A stretch of DNA of 32,000 nt from Candidatus Saccharimonadota bacterium (lineage in GTDB: Bacteria > Patescibacteriota > Gracilibacteria > BD1-5 > UBA6164): NCBI GenBank assembly GCA_965227835.1, contig OZ245768.1, positions 300,001-332,000 of the forward strand, in the 5' to 3' direction. Positions 1-10,238 of this stretch are shown piece by piece; the stretch's first letter is position 1; each line of letters begins with the position of its first letter. The position numbers and the translations under genes were made by a program. The notes below the pieces were generated by a model. It was not told the DNA's origin and ran no database searches. It saw nothing but the letters and a program-made list of their open reading frames with translations.

Positions 1-1
1 T

Positions 2-550
2 CCTCCTGTGAAAATAGGGGAGTTTAAATATATAGGACAAAAAGATTATTATCTTTCTTTTGCTAGACTTTGTGATGCAAAAAGAGTTTGAAATATAGTT
101 AAAGCTTTTAGAGAAATGCCTGAAAAAAAATTGGTAGTAATATACTGACAAAATGATCCCCAAAAAAATGAAATATTTAATCTTTGAAAATGATTTAGCA
201 ATATAGAATTTAGAACTCTTGTAGAAAATGATAGATTTATAAATTATATATGAAATTGTATAGCTACTATATATATACCTGTTGATGAGGATTTTTGAAT
301 GAGTCCAGTTGAATCTATGTCTGCTTGAAAACCTGTTTTAGGGGTAAATGACTGAGGATTAAAAGAATCAATCATACATAAAAAAACTTGATTTTTGATA
401 GATAAGCAGTGAAAAATAGATGATATAATAGATGTGGTTCAAAATTTTTTAACACCAGATAAATGTTTGAAAATGAGAAAAGATTGTGAAGAGAGAGCAA
501 AAGATTTTTCTTATGATAAATTTGAAAAACTCATAAATAAAATTATTTAA
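2..550 (+). CDS. Glycosyltransferase family 1 (GT4-type), C-terminal part; the 5' end lies outside the window
   Basis: The frame is open from position 2 to TAA 548-550 once TGA=Gly (about 11 in-frame TGA). The translation ...[46 protein letters not shown]... is the conserved C-terminal sugar-nucleotide-binding region of GT1-family enzymes. Confidence 0.8.
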
Positions 551-733
551 AAAATTTATTAATTAAAGAGTGAAGAATTGCTTCTTAATAACAAAAATAA
601 ATATTTTTCACAATTTCCTTAAATATAGAAGTTTATGAATATTCTCTTTAAAAAAATATAAGTTTTGTTTTTTTTTCAAAATATAAAAATTCAAATCTTT
701 TCATTAATTCTAAACCTAGAAATTAATTAATTT

Positions 734-1855
734 ATGAATATAAAAAATAAAAAAATAGCAATAGTTGCTGACTGGATAAAAGATTTATGAGGTGCTGAAC
801 TTGTACTTGAAAATCTTATTCATATATTTCCCAATGCTGATATTTTCACTTCTGTTTTTTTTCAAGAAAAAACTAACTTTTTTAAGAACAAAAAAATAAA
901 AACTAGCTTTATACAAAAAATTCCTTTTTTGGCTAAATCTCATAAATTAGCTTTAATTTTCAGACCTATAGCCTTTGAAAGTTTTGATTTTAGGCCCTAT
1001 GATATAGTTATTAGCTCAAGTAGCGCTGAAAGTAAATGAATAATAACAAAACCAGAAACTTTATTTATCTGTTATTGTCATACTCCTACTCGTTATTTTT
1101 GGAGTCATTACCATGAGTATTTAGGTATGATGGAGTTTTGAAGTATCTTGAATTTTATTTGAAAAAGACTCGCTCCTTTTATTATAAATAAACTAAGAAA
1201 ATGGGATTTTGTAGCTGGACAAAGACCAGATTTTTTTATAGCTAACTCTAAAAACACTCAAAAAAGAATCAAAAGATATTATTGAAGAGAGTCTTTTGTA
1301 ATTTATCCTCCTTTGAAATTAAAAGAATTTAAATTAAAACAAACCAAAAAAGATTTTTATTTATATGTTTGAAGATGTATTCCTTACAAAAAATTTGATT
1401 TATTGGTAGATGCCTTCAACCAAAATGGTAAAAAACTAGTTTTAGTTACAAATACAGATAATAAGCTTTATAGAGATTTAAAAATTAAATCCAATAGCAA
1501 TATATCTTGGAAGTTTAATATCTCAAGAAAAGAAATATGCAAACTCTATTGAGAAGCTAAGGCTTTTTTATTTCCACCAGAAGAAGATTTTTGAATAGTT
1601 GTTTTGGAGGCTATGGCATGTGGTACACCAGTTATAGCTTATAAAAAATGAGGAGCTTTAGAAACTGTAGTACAAAATAAGACTTGAGTTTTTTTTGATG
1701 AACAAAATATAAATTCTCTAAATTCTATTATAAATAAATTTGAAAAAATGAATTTTGATGCTAAAGAAATAAGAAAATATTCCTTATGATTTAGTGATAG
1801 TATTTTTGAAAAAAACATTTTAAATTTTGTTGAAACTAAATATAATAAATGGTAA
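734..1855 (+). CDS. Glycosyltransferase family 1 (373 aa)
   Basis: ATG 734 to TAA 1853-1855 is 1122 nt and open with TGA=Gly. The N-terminus is MNIKNKKIAIVADWIKDLGGAELVLENL... The C-terminus ...[44 protein letters not shown] carries the GT1 EX7E-type motif. Confidence 0.8.
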
Positions 1856-1894
1856 TATATAGATAGAGTTTAATTTTTAATTTTATAAAAACTT

Positions 1895-2425
1895 ATGACT
1901 ACGGAGGAAAAGTTTGATATAGTTTTATCAAAATTAGATAGTATTGCTTATTGACAGGAATCTCTTGAGAAAAAATTTTGAGTTGTTGAGATAAGACTTT
2001 GAGCAGTTGAAAAATGACAAAAAGCCCTTGAAAAGAAGGTATGATCCCTTGAAAATAAAGTATGATCTCTTGAAAATAAAGTATGATCTCTTGAAAAGAA
2101 GGTGTGAACAATTGAAATAAGATTGTGAGCAGTTGAAGAATGACAAAAAGTCCTTGATAAAAGGCTTTGAAGTGTTGAGGAATGACAGAAAGTTCTTGAT
2201 AGAAGGCTTTGAAGTGTAGAAAAGTGACAAAAAACTTTGGAAGAAAGATATGAAAGCTTGAGAGAAGACCTTTTAGAGATTAAACATGATATGGATCAAG
2301 GTTTTGAATATACTCATAAATTGATAAATCAATCTTTTGAAAAAATTAGTGAAAATATAGCCTATCAAGATAAAGTTATAGAAATAGAAAAAATAATACA
2401 TTCAAAAAATAGAACTCTAGTTTAG
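1895..2425 (+). CDS. Heptad-repeat coiled-coil protein (176 aa) with tandem 21-nt and 42-nt repeats
   Basis: ATG 1895 is in frame with track ORF 2237..2425. With TGA=Gly it reads ...RLGAVEKGQKALEKKVGSLENKVGSLENKVGSLEKKVGTIEIRLGAVEEGQKVLDKRLGSVEEGQKVLDRRLGSVEKGQKTLEERYESL... There are 14 in-frame TGA, one per heptad. No homolog recognised. Confidence 0.6.
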
Positions 2426-2492
2426 TATTATTCTATGCTCTTTCTTTTTTAATTATTTATAAATTAAATATTTACCTTAAAAAACACCAAAT

Positions 2493-3140
2493 ATGAAAAA
2501 AAATATTAAAATTAAAAACAACAAACCAATTATAGAGGCAGTCACTTCTACTTTAATTCCTACAATTATAGATAAAACACCTAGTTGAGAAAGAGCTTAT
2601 GACATATATTCTAGATTGCTTGAAGATAGAATAGTTTTTTTATGAGAAGCTATTGATTCAAATGTAGCAAATACTGTTATAGCTCAGTTATTGTTTTTAG
2701 AAAAACAAAATTCTAAAAGTCCAATAACTATGTATGTAAACTCACCATGAGGTCATGTTACTGCAGGTTTAGCTATATATGATACTATGCAATATATTGC
2801 TTGTCCAGTTCATACTGTGTCTATATGACTTTCTGCTTCTATGTGATCTATAATACTCACTTGATGAGAAAAAGGTAAAAGATTTGCTTTACCTCATAGT
2901 GAAATAATGATACACCAACCTCTTTGAGGTGCTGAATGACAAGCAACAGATATTAAACTAGCAGCAGAGCATATTATAAAAACTGGAGATAGACTATACA
3001 AAATAATAGCTAAACACACATGAAAAGATATAAAACAAGTTGAGAAAGATTGTGATAGGGATAATTTTATGACTGCTGAAGAAGCATTGAAGTATTGATT
3101 GATTGATAAAATAATAAGTCAAAATTTAAAAAGTAAGTAG
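2493..3140 (+). CDS. clpP: ATP-dependent Clp protease proteolytic subunit
   Basis: ATG 2493 to TAG 3138-3140 is 648 nt. The translation ...[35 protein letters not shown]...[23 protein letters not shown]...[38 protein letters not shown]... contains the ClpP Ser-His-Asp context. The Gly of the active-site SASMG is TGA 2844-2846. Confidence 0.93.
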
Positions 3141-3146
3141 TAATAC

Positions 3147-3156
<10 letters not shown>
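3129..3156. terminator. Bidirectional hairpin terminator shared by convergent clpP and the polyprenyl synthase gene
   Basis: The hairpin is AAAAAGTAAGTA-GTAA-TACTTACTTTTT, with a 12-bp stem. It is flanked by A/T runs on both strands and overlaps both stop codons (3138-3140 and 3147-3149). Confidence 0.6.
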
Positions 3157-4043
<887 letters not shown>

Positions 4044-4049
4044 AATTTT

Positions 4050-4742
4050 TTATTTTCAGTAATTTCTTTTTGATTTTCCAAAAGTTTCTATGACTTTATC
4101 TAGCTCTTCTTCATCAAATTCAGGCCATTTTTTAGAAGAAAAATAATATTCGCTATATTCACTGTCAAATAACATAAATCAAGAGTGTCTTACATCTCAT
4201 CCAGTTCTAACTATCATATCCACCACAGGAAATTTTCATGTATCACTAAATTTTCTAAATTCTTGCTTTGTAAGCTCTTTCGGGCCTATTCAAGATTTAA
4301 TTATTTTTTGAGTTGTTCTCACTATTTCATCTTGTCATCCGTAAATTAAAGCCAAAATAAGTGTAATGCCATTGTTATTTTTTGTTTTCTCTTTAACTTT
4401 ATTTATTATTCACTGTGTTTTTTCTGGAAGTTTTTTAATATTTCATATTGTTTCAAGTTTTAAATTTTCATCTAACATTTTTCATAAAAATCATTCTATT
4501 CCATTTAATAATTTAAATATTCATTCTACCTCTAAAAAAGGTCTTTTACTTAAATTATCAGCTGAAAGTACCCATAATGTTAGATATTTAATTCCCTTTT
4601 GTTTAGCCAATTCTGTCACTTTTACTACATTATCAGCTCATTTTTTATGTCATGCTATAGCATTCATAGATTGGGATTTTGCCCACCTACGATTTCAATC
4701 CATTATAATTCATAGATGATTTATTGTTCAATTATTTGACAT
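4050..4742 (-). CDS. uppS: Undecaprenyl (di-trans,poly-cis) diphosphate synthase
   Basis: The minus strand from ATG (cat 4740-4742) to TAA (tta 4050-4052) is 693 nt. The translation is MSNNGTINHLGIIMDGNRRWAKSQ...LTLWVLSADNLSKRP...LILALIYGGQDEIV...DMIVRTGGDVRHSGFMLFDSEYSEYYF, which carries the UppS signature motifs. Confidence 0.9.
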
Positions 4743-4867
4743 TATTTTTTTTAAATGATATCATTTATGTATGAAGAGCCTCGACTTACTCTTCATCTTA
4801 AGGTCAGATGGAACCTTGGTATCGCAATAATACCATTAATCCATCTTTTTTATTGCTAATTTTATTA

Positions 4868-5941
4868 CTAAACAACTACTTTATCTTCGGGTTTTACTAT
4901 AGTTTCTTTATATTCACTTAGCTTTTTATTTTTATTTAGTTCATATAGCAGGGGGGATGCTATAAATATGGAACTATATGTTCATATGATAGTACCAAAC
5001 ATCATAGTTAATATAAAACCTTTTATTGTTTCTGGTCAAAATAAAAATATTGTTAGAAGTACAAAAAATAAAGTTAAACTTGTAAATATACTTCTTCTCA
5101 AAGTTTCAGATACGGATATTTCTATTATTTCTTCTAAATTTTTGCTTTTCACTAATTTTTTAATATTGCTTCTAATTCTATCAGATACTACTATTGTATC
5201 ATTTATAGAATAACCTAGTATGGTTAAAAGAGCAGTAACAAAAAATGTGTCTATTCTAAATTCTGGTAAAAATGAAGATACTATTAGGTATAATCAAGTA
5301 GATATTAATATATCATGAAATAGAGTTACTATTGTTATTATTGCAAAAGAACTGATTCATATTCATCAAGCTACTCAAAAAAAAGCATACATAATATAGA
5401 TTGATATTGCAATAATTGCTATTGCCAGGGTTAGTATTGCTGTATTTCTTATATAATCTCAAAAGCTTTTTCATATGTTTGTGTATAATGATTCTTCTAG
5501 CTTTTCATCATATTTCTTTAATATATTTAGTGTTTTTTCTCTAAAGTCTTGTTTTATTTTTGATAGAATTTCACCAGATATTTTTGTCTCGGTGATTTTT
5601 TTGTCATTTTCTAATACTTCTAAATCTTCTTTTTTTAGTGATACTTTATTGTATCAAACTGTTACAGATATTTCATTTTTACCAAAAATTTTAATCACAG
5701 AAATAGAATTTATCATATTTTTACCGTTATATTCAACATTTTTTGATTTTTCAATAAGTTCTTTTTCTATTTTTTCTGTTTCTAGTGATTCTATTTTGTA
5801 TGTGTAAATAGTGTTTGTTCATCATGTCATATCTATTCAGTAGTTTATATCTGAAAAAAGGAAATAAAAAAAAGAGACCATCAGAACCAGTGCTGATACT
5901 CAAAAATATTTATATCTATTTTTTATTACATTTAGTTTCAT
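4868..5941 (-). CDS. secF: Protein-export membrane protein SecF (357 aa)
   Basis: The minus strand from ATG (cat 5939-5941) to TAG (cta 4868-4870) is 1074 nt. The translation is MKLNVIKNRYKYFGVSALVLMVSFFYFLFSDINYGIDMTGGT...TILGYSINDTIVVSDRIRSN...ETLRRSIFTSLTLFFVLLTIFLFGPETIKGFILTMMFGTIIGTYSSIFIASPLL. Confidence 0.88.
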
Positions 5942-6004
5942 TTTAAATAGGATTTTCTATTTTTTAACTTTGAGAATCTTACTATTTCAGTCTAGTTATT
6001 TACA

Positions 6005-6100
6005 GTTCAACCTTACCCTATTTCTCTCCATCTCAACTTCACCCTATTCCTCTCTGGTTCAACCTCACCCTAACCCTCTCCTTAGAGGAGAGGGAATAGA
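6005..6100. repeat. GC-enriched tandem repeat (3 units of about 25 nt) ending in a palindromic hairpin
   Basis: The units are gttcaaccttaccctatttctctcc, atctcaacttcaccctattcctctct and ggttcaacctcaccctaaccctctcc. They are followed by the hairpin CCCTCTCCT-tag-AGGAGAGGG (about 6074-6094) and gaatag, which is the complement of the ctattc in the units. The composition is clearly less AT-rich than the flanks. Confidence 0.6.
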
Positions 6101-6181
6101 ACAAGAGATAGAATATATTTAGTTAAACTCAATAGATATTATTTAAAATCTTAAAAAATCAAGAACAATTTGTAAAATAGG

Positions 6182-7359
6182 ATTATCTGTACCAGTAGAT
6201 AGGTACCACTATTTATTGATATGGAATTGTGTAAAAAAGAGGATGAGGATATAATAGATTTTGTAAAAAATTTTATTTTATAATCCCAAACCTCTTATGA
6301 AATGATTATATGAAAAAATGTGTACTAAGCAAGGAGTAGAATCAGCAAGAATCCTCGCGAGGTCGATACTTGAAGAAAACAAAGGAAACGTAAGTAAAAC
6401 AGCTTATATATTATGATGTTCTCGTAAAACAGTAAGAAGAAGTAGAGATGGTCCTATAGAAAATATATCAAGAGCTCCTAAGACTCCTCATAATAAAAAA
6501 ACATCTTCTGATTTAGAATGACTTGTATTACAAGAACGAAATAAAACAAAATATTGAAGAGTACGTCTAGCAAAGTATTTATTCCTCAGATATGGAATAA
6601 CATTCTCTTCCTCTACTATATGAAATATACTAAAAAGAAACAAAGTAAAAAAGCATCATTATTCTCGTAGAAAATGAGATAGTAAACCTCTATACGATTA
6701 TCAAAATATTCTTCCCTTTGAGTATGGTCAAGTAGATACAAAGCATATAGAAGATTTTGAAGCTTTATGAGAACTTTGTTTTATACTAAGAAAATATAAT
6801 CTTCCTTTATATCAATGGACATATATATGTGCTAAAACAAAATATAAATTTATAGCTTATTCTCATAGTCTTTCTTCTGAATTTGGTCTTATGTTTATAC
6901 TTACTATAGCTACATATCTTAGGAGTATGTGAATATATTATCATATGGAATTTCAATGAGATAATGGCCCTGCTGATTTTTGTGGATGAAGTAAGAGAAA
7001 GGAAAATCAGTGGAATGCTATATTAAATAATATAAATTGCTGTTTTAAGAGTATTCCTGCTTGAAAAAAATATCTTCAATGAATTGTAGAGAGATCTCAT
7101 AGAACTGATGATGAAGAATTATATAGACCTTATCTTGATCGCATGAAATCTCTTCCTAATTTTTTAAACCATAGTAGTAAATATATTTATACTTATAATA
7201 ATTATAGACCTTCTTTTTGAATAGGTATGAATGGTTTAAGTCCTATTGAAAAACTTAGAAGTTGTAATATAATTCTTCCTACAAAATTTAATAATTTCCC
7301 TGTCCTTATCCTAGATAATCTTGCTAAAATTGGTGGTACCTATCTAAAGGACCATTACC
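6182..7359 (+). mobile_element. IS481-like insertion sequence, copy A (1178 bp)
   Basis: Copy A is identical to copies B and C except for one SNP (T at 7232 versus C). The imperfect terminal IRs share an inner core TAGATAGGTACCAC. It is flanked by the 15-bp direct repeat AATTTGTAAAATAGG (6167-6181 and 7360-7374). Confidence 0.85.
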
Positions 7360-7373
7360 AATTTGTAAAATAG
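6297..7373 (+). CDS. DDE (integrase-core/rve) transposase of the IS481-like element, copy A (358 aa)
   Basis: With TGA=Gly it reads MKGLYEKMCTKQGVESARILARSILEENKGNVSKTAYILGCSRKTVRRS (HTH)...GQVDTKHIEDF...MEFQGDNGPADF...GIVERSHRTDDEELY, giving D..D..E spacing of about 66 and 36. There is no stop inside the element. The ORF ends at TAG 7371-7373 in the flanking target duplication. Confidence 0.85.
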
Positions 7374-7439
7374 GTTTTTTGTAATAGAATTTTTTGAATT
7401 TTTAAATTATGGAAGGAGTTGTAAATTTAACTATAAATT

Positions 7440-9605
7440 ATGTTTAAGCTAAAAAGTAAATATAGCCTTTGAGAGGATCAAAGAAATGCTTTAAATGAGA
7501 TTGTGGGGAATTTGAAAAATAAAAAAGATTTTCAAACTCTTTGGGGAGTTACTGGTAGTTGAAAAACATTTACTATGGCAAATGTAGTTGAAAAAATAAA
7601 TAAACCTACTTTGGTTATAGCTCATAATAAAACTTTAGCAGCACAGCTTGCACAAGAGTTTAAAGAATTTTTTCCTGATAATGCTATTCATTATTTTGTT
7701 TCTTATTATGATTATTATCAGCCAGAAGCTTATGTTTCCAAAACAGATACTTATATAGAAAAAGAAGCTACTATAAATGAAGAAATAGATAGATTAAGAC
7801 ATGCTGCAACTCAGGATTTACTTACTAGGAAGGATGTTTTAATAGTTGCTAGTGTGAGTTGTATTTATGGTATTTGAGATATTGATTTATATACAGAACA
7901 AATTTTTGATATAGAGGTTTGAAAAGAGTATGATTTAGAATCTGTTTTGAAAAAGCTTGTTTCTTTACAATACAAAAGAGCTCATTTAGAATTTAAACCT
8001 GGGATGTTTCAAGTTATGTGAGATATATTAGAAATTTGGCCTGCTTCTAGTGAGACTTGTATGACTATAGAGTTTTGGGGAAATGATGTTAGCCAAATTA
8101 CAAGTAGAAATTATCTTAGTTGAGAAATTTATGAATATTTAAAAAAAATAGATGTATTTCCTGCAAAACATACAGTAAGTTCTAAACAGAGAATTGAAGA
8201 AATTATCCCAGAGATAAGTAAGGAGTTAGAAGAAAGGCTTGAATATTTCAAAGCCACTTGAGATGTACTTAAATATGAGAGATTAAAAGCAAAGGTAGAA
8301 TATGATATGGAAATGATGCAAGAGGTTTGATATGTAAATGGTATAGAGAATTATTCTAGGTTTTTGGATTGAAGAAAGGTTTGAGAAGCTCCTGCTACTT
8401 TGCTTGATTATTTTTGAGATGATTATATTACTTTTGTAGATGAGTCTCATATCACTTTTTCACAAATTGATGGGATGTATTCTGGAGATAGATCAAGAAA
8501 AGAAAATTTAGTCCAAAATGGTTTTAGACTACCTTCTGCACTTGATAATAGACCTTTAAAGTTTGGAGAGTTTGAAAGTAAGGTAAAACAAACTATAGCT
8601 GTTTCTGCTACTCCTAATACTTATGAGATAAAAAGAAGTTGTGATTCTATCCCATGAGAAAAAATGTGAAAAGAACAAAAATTTTTCAACTTTGATCCTA
8701 TGAAGTGAGATATTTGGCAAGCAACAGATGATTGCAGAATAATAGCTCAATTTTTTAGACCTACTTGACTTTTAGATCCAGAGATAGAGCTTAGGCATAT
8801 GGATTTTATGGTGGATGATATTATGAACAATATTTCCAAGATAGTGGATAGAAATGAGAGGATGCTTATTACAACTGTAACAAAAAGATCAAGTGAGGAG
8901 CTTAATGATTATTTACTTGATAATGGTGTTAAGTGTAAATATCTTCATTCAGAGGTTGATACTATTGAGAGGCTTGAAATTTTACAGGAGCTTAGGAAAG
9001 GTGTAATTGATGTAATTGTAGGAGTAAATTTACTTAGAGAGTGATTGGATTTACCAGAGGTTAGTAAAATATCTATTTTAGATGCTGATAAGCAAGGTTT
9101 TTTGAGATCTAGTTCTAGTTTAATTCAAATTATATGAAGAGCTGCTAGGAATAATAATTGAAAGGTTTATATGTATGTTGGTAAGATTTCATCTTTGTCT
9201 GGTTTAGAATTTGTGGAGAACAATACTTACTTGTGAAAACTTTATAGATACGATAAATGAAGACTTGTTAATGAAAATTGACTTATAGTGTCTGAGGCTA
9301 TGAGAAAAGCTATAAATCTTACTTATTATAGGAGAGGTCTTCAAAAAGAATATAATCTGAAAAATAATATAACTCCAAAAACTATTTTTTCTGATATAAA
9401 AGAAATTTGAATGGAGTCTAAGAATAAAAAGAAGGATTATTCTATTATTAATAAGAAAGAGATATGAAAAGTTATAGCTAAGCTTGAATTAGAGATGGAT
9501 ATTGCTGCATGAAATATGGAATATGAAAAAGCTGCTTTGATTCGTGATCAGATTTTGGATTTAAAAAAGGGTAATAGTAATCCTAAAAAATCTTTACTTT
9601 TATAG
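7440..9605 (+). CDS. uvrB: Excinuclease ABC subunit B (721 aa)
   Basis: ATG 7440 is in frame with track fragments 7575.., 8475.. and 8799.., and the ORF ends at TAG 9603-9605. The Walker A motif is GVTGSGKTFT with Gly = TGA 7560-7562. Other motifs are ...[10 protein letters not shown]..., ...[12 protein letters not shown]..., ...[41 protein letters not shown]... and a C-terminal UVR domain [23 protein letters not shown]. Confidence 0.95.
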
Positions 9606-9690
9606 TAAGGAAGTAATTTTACCACAGATACCTAACAAAAAAAGAGTTTGTAAATTTTGATTTGAGGTTTTTTTAGATAATATATGTTTT

Positions 9691-10178
9691 GGGGCTAATC
9701 TTGGTTTCTATTAGGAGATTTGCCGGTCTTGTATGCTATTAGGGAGGTGTTTATGGCTTCCTAAATCAATCATAAACAACTATAAGTGCAAACTTTAGAA
9801 AAACTGCTGGAAGTGCTTTAACTGCATTGAAAAATGCTTTTAGACCACCAGCTTTGGCAACTGTTGTTGCCTAAGCCTCGCTTCTATACTTGAAGTTTTA
9901 GAGGTGTAGCCTTCCATATTTTGGATGATAGTCATTTGGCTTGCTACATTGGTCTATAAAAATTTTATTCTCGAAGTTTTATAGATTTATTTAAAAGAGA
10001 GTCTTGATATTTTTTATTTTTAATCGTTTTTTTACCTTATCAAGTATTTTTTAAAAATGGTTTCCTTGGAAGTTTTTTGTTTGTTTTCTATTTTCAGGGA
10101 ATTTTAAAATAAACTATAATAGTAGATTTATTTGATTTGCCTTCTAAGACATGGGTTCAAATCCCATTAGCTCCACCA
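9691..10178 (+). ncRNA. ssrA: tmRNA (transfer-messenger RNA)
   Basis: The 5' GGGGCTA pairs with the 3' TAGCTCC-ACCA, including the G3:U wobble used by AlaRS. The T-arm is GGGTTCAAATCCCAT. The internal tag frame runs from GCA 9788 to TAA 9872-9874 and encodes ANFRKTAGSALTALKNAFRPPALATVVA; the choice of resume codon is a prediction. Confidence 0.9.
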
Positions 10179-10238
10179 TTGACAAAATTAAAATTATAAA
10201 TATAATACTTAAAACTTTGTATACCTGAATTAAACCCC

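Noticed and set aside
1899-2230. Track ORFs 1899..2111(-) and 1934..2230(-), plus similar low-complexity ORFs such as 3622..3870(+), 4366..4719(+), 4968..5213(+), 5475..5807(+), 17288..18039(+) and 22639..22881(-)
   Set aside because: They are antisense to, or out of frame with, genes that have clear conserved motifs under table 25. Their translations are low-complexity F/L/S/I-rich strings, typical of the non-coding strand of AT-rich genes.
4790-4835. Possible SRP (4.5S) RNA, because of the string AGGUCAGAUGGAA resembling the conserved domain IV GGUCAGGUCCGGAAGGAAGCAGC
   Set aside because: The GGAA would not be closed by a stem, the AGCA symmetric-loop partner is missing, and no long hairpin with 5'/3' pairing can be drawn. 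It is reported only as an unexplained structured spacer.
6005-6081. CRISPR array
   Set aside because: The three units of about 25 nt are contiguous with no spacers, are degenerate, and merge into a palindrome. There are no cas genes in the window.
10140-10178. Stand-alone tRNA suggested by GGGTTCAAATCCCAT...CCACCA
   Set aside because: There is no D-arm or anticodon arm upstream. The acceptor 3' strand pairs with GGGGCTA at 9691, 480 nt away. This is the tRNA-like domain of the tmRNA.
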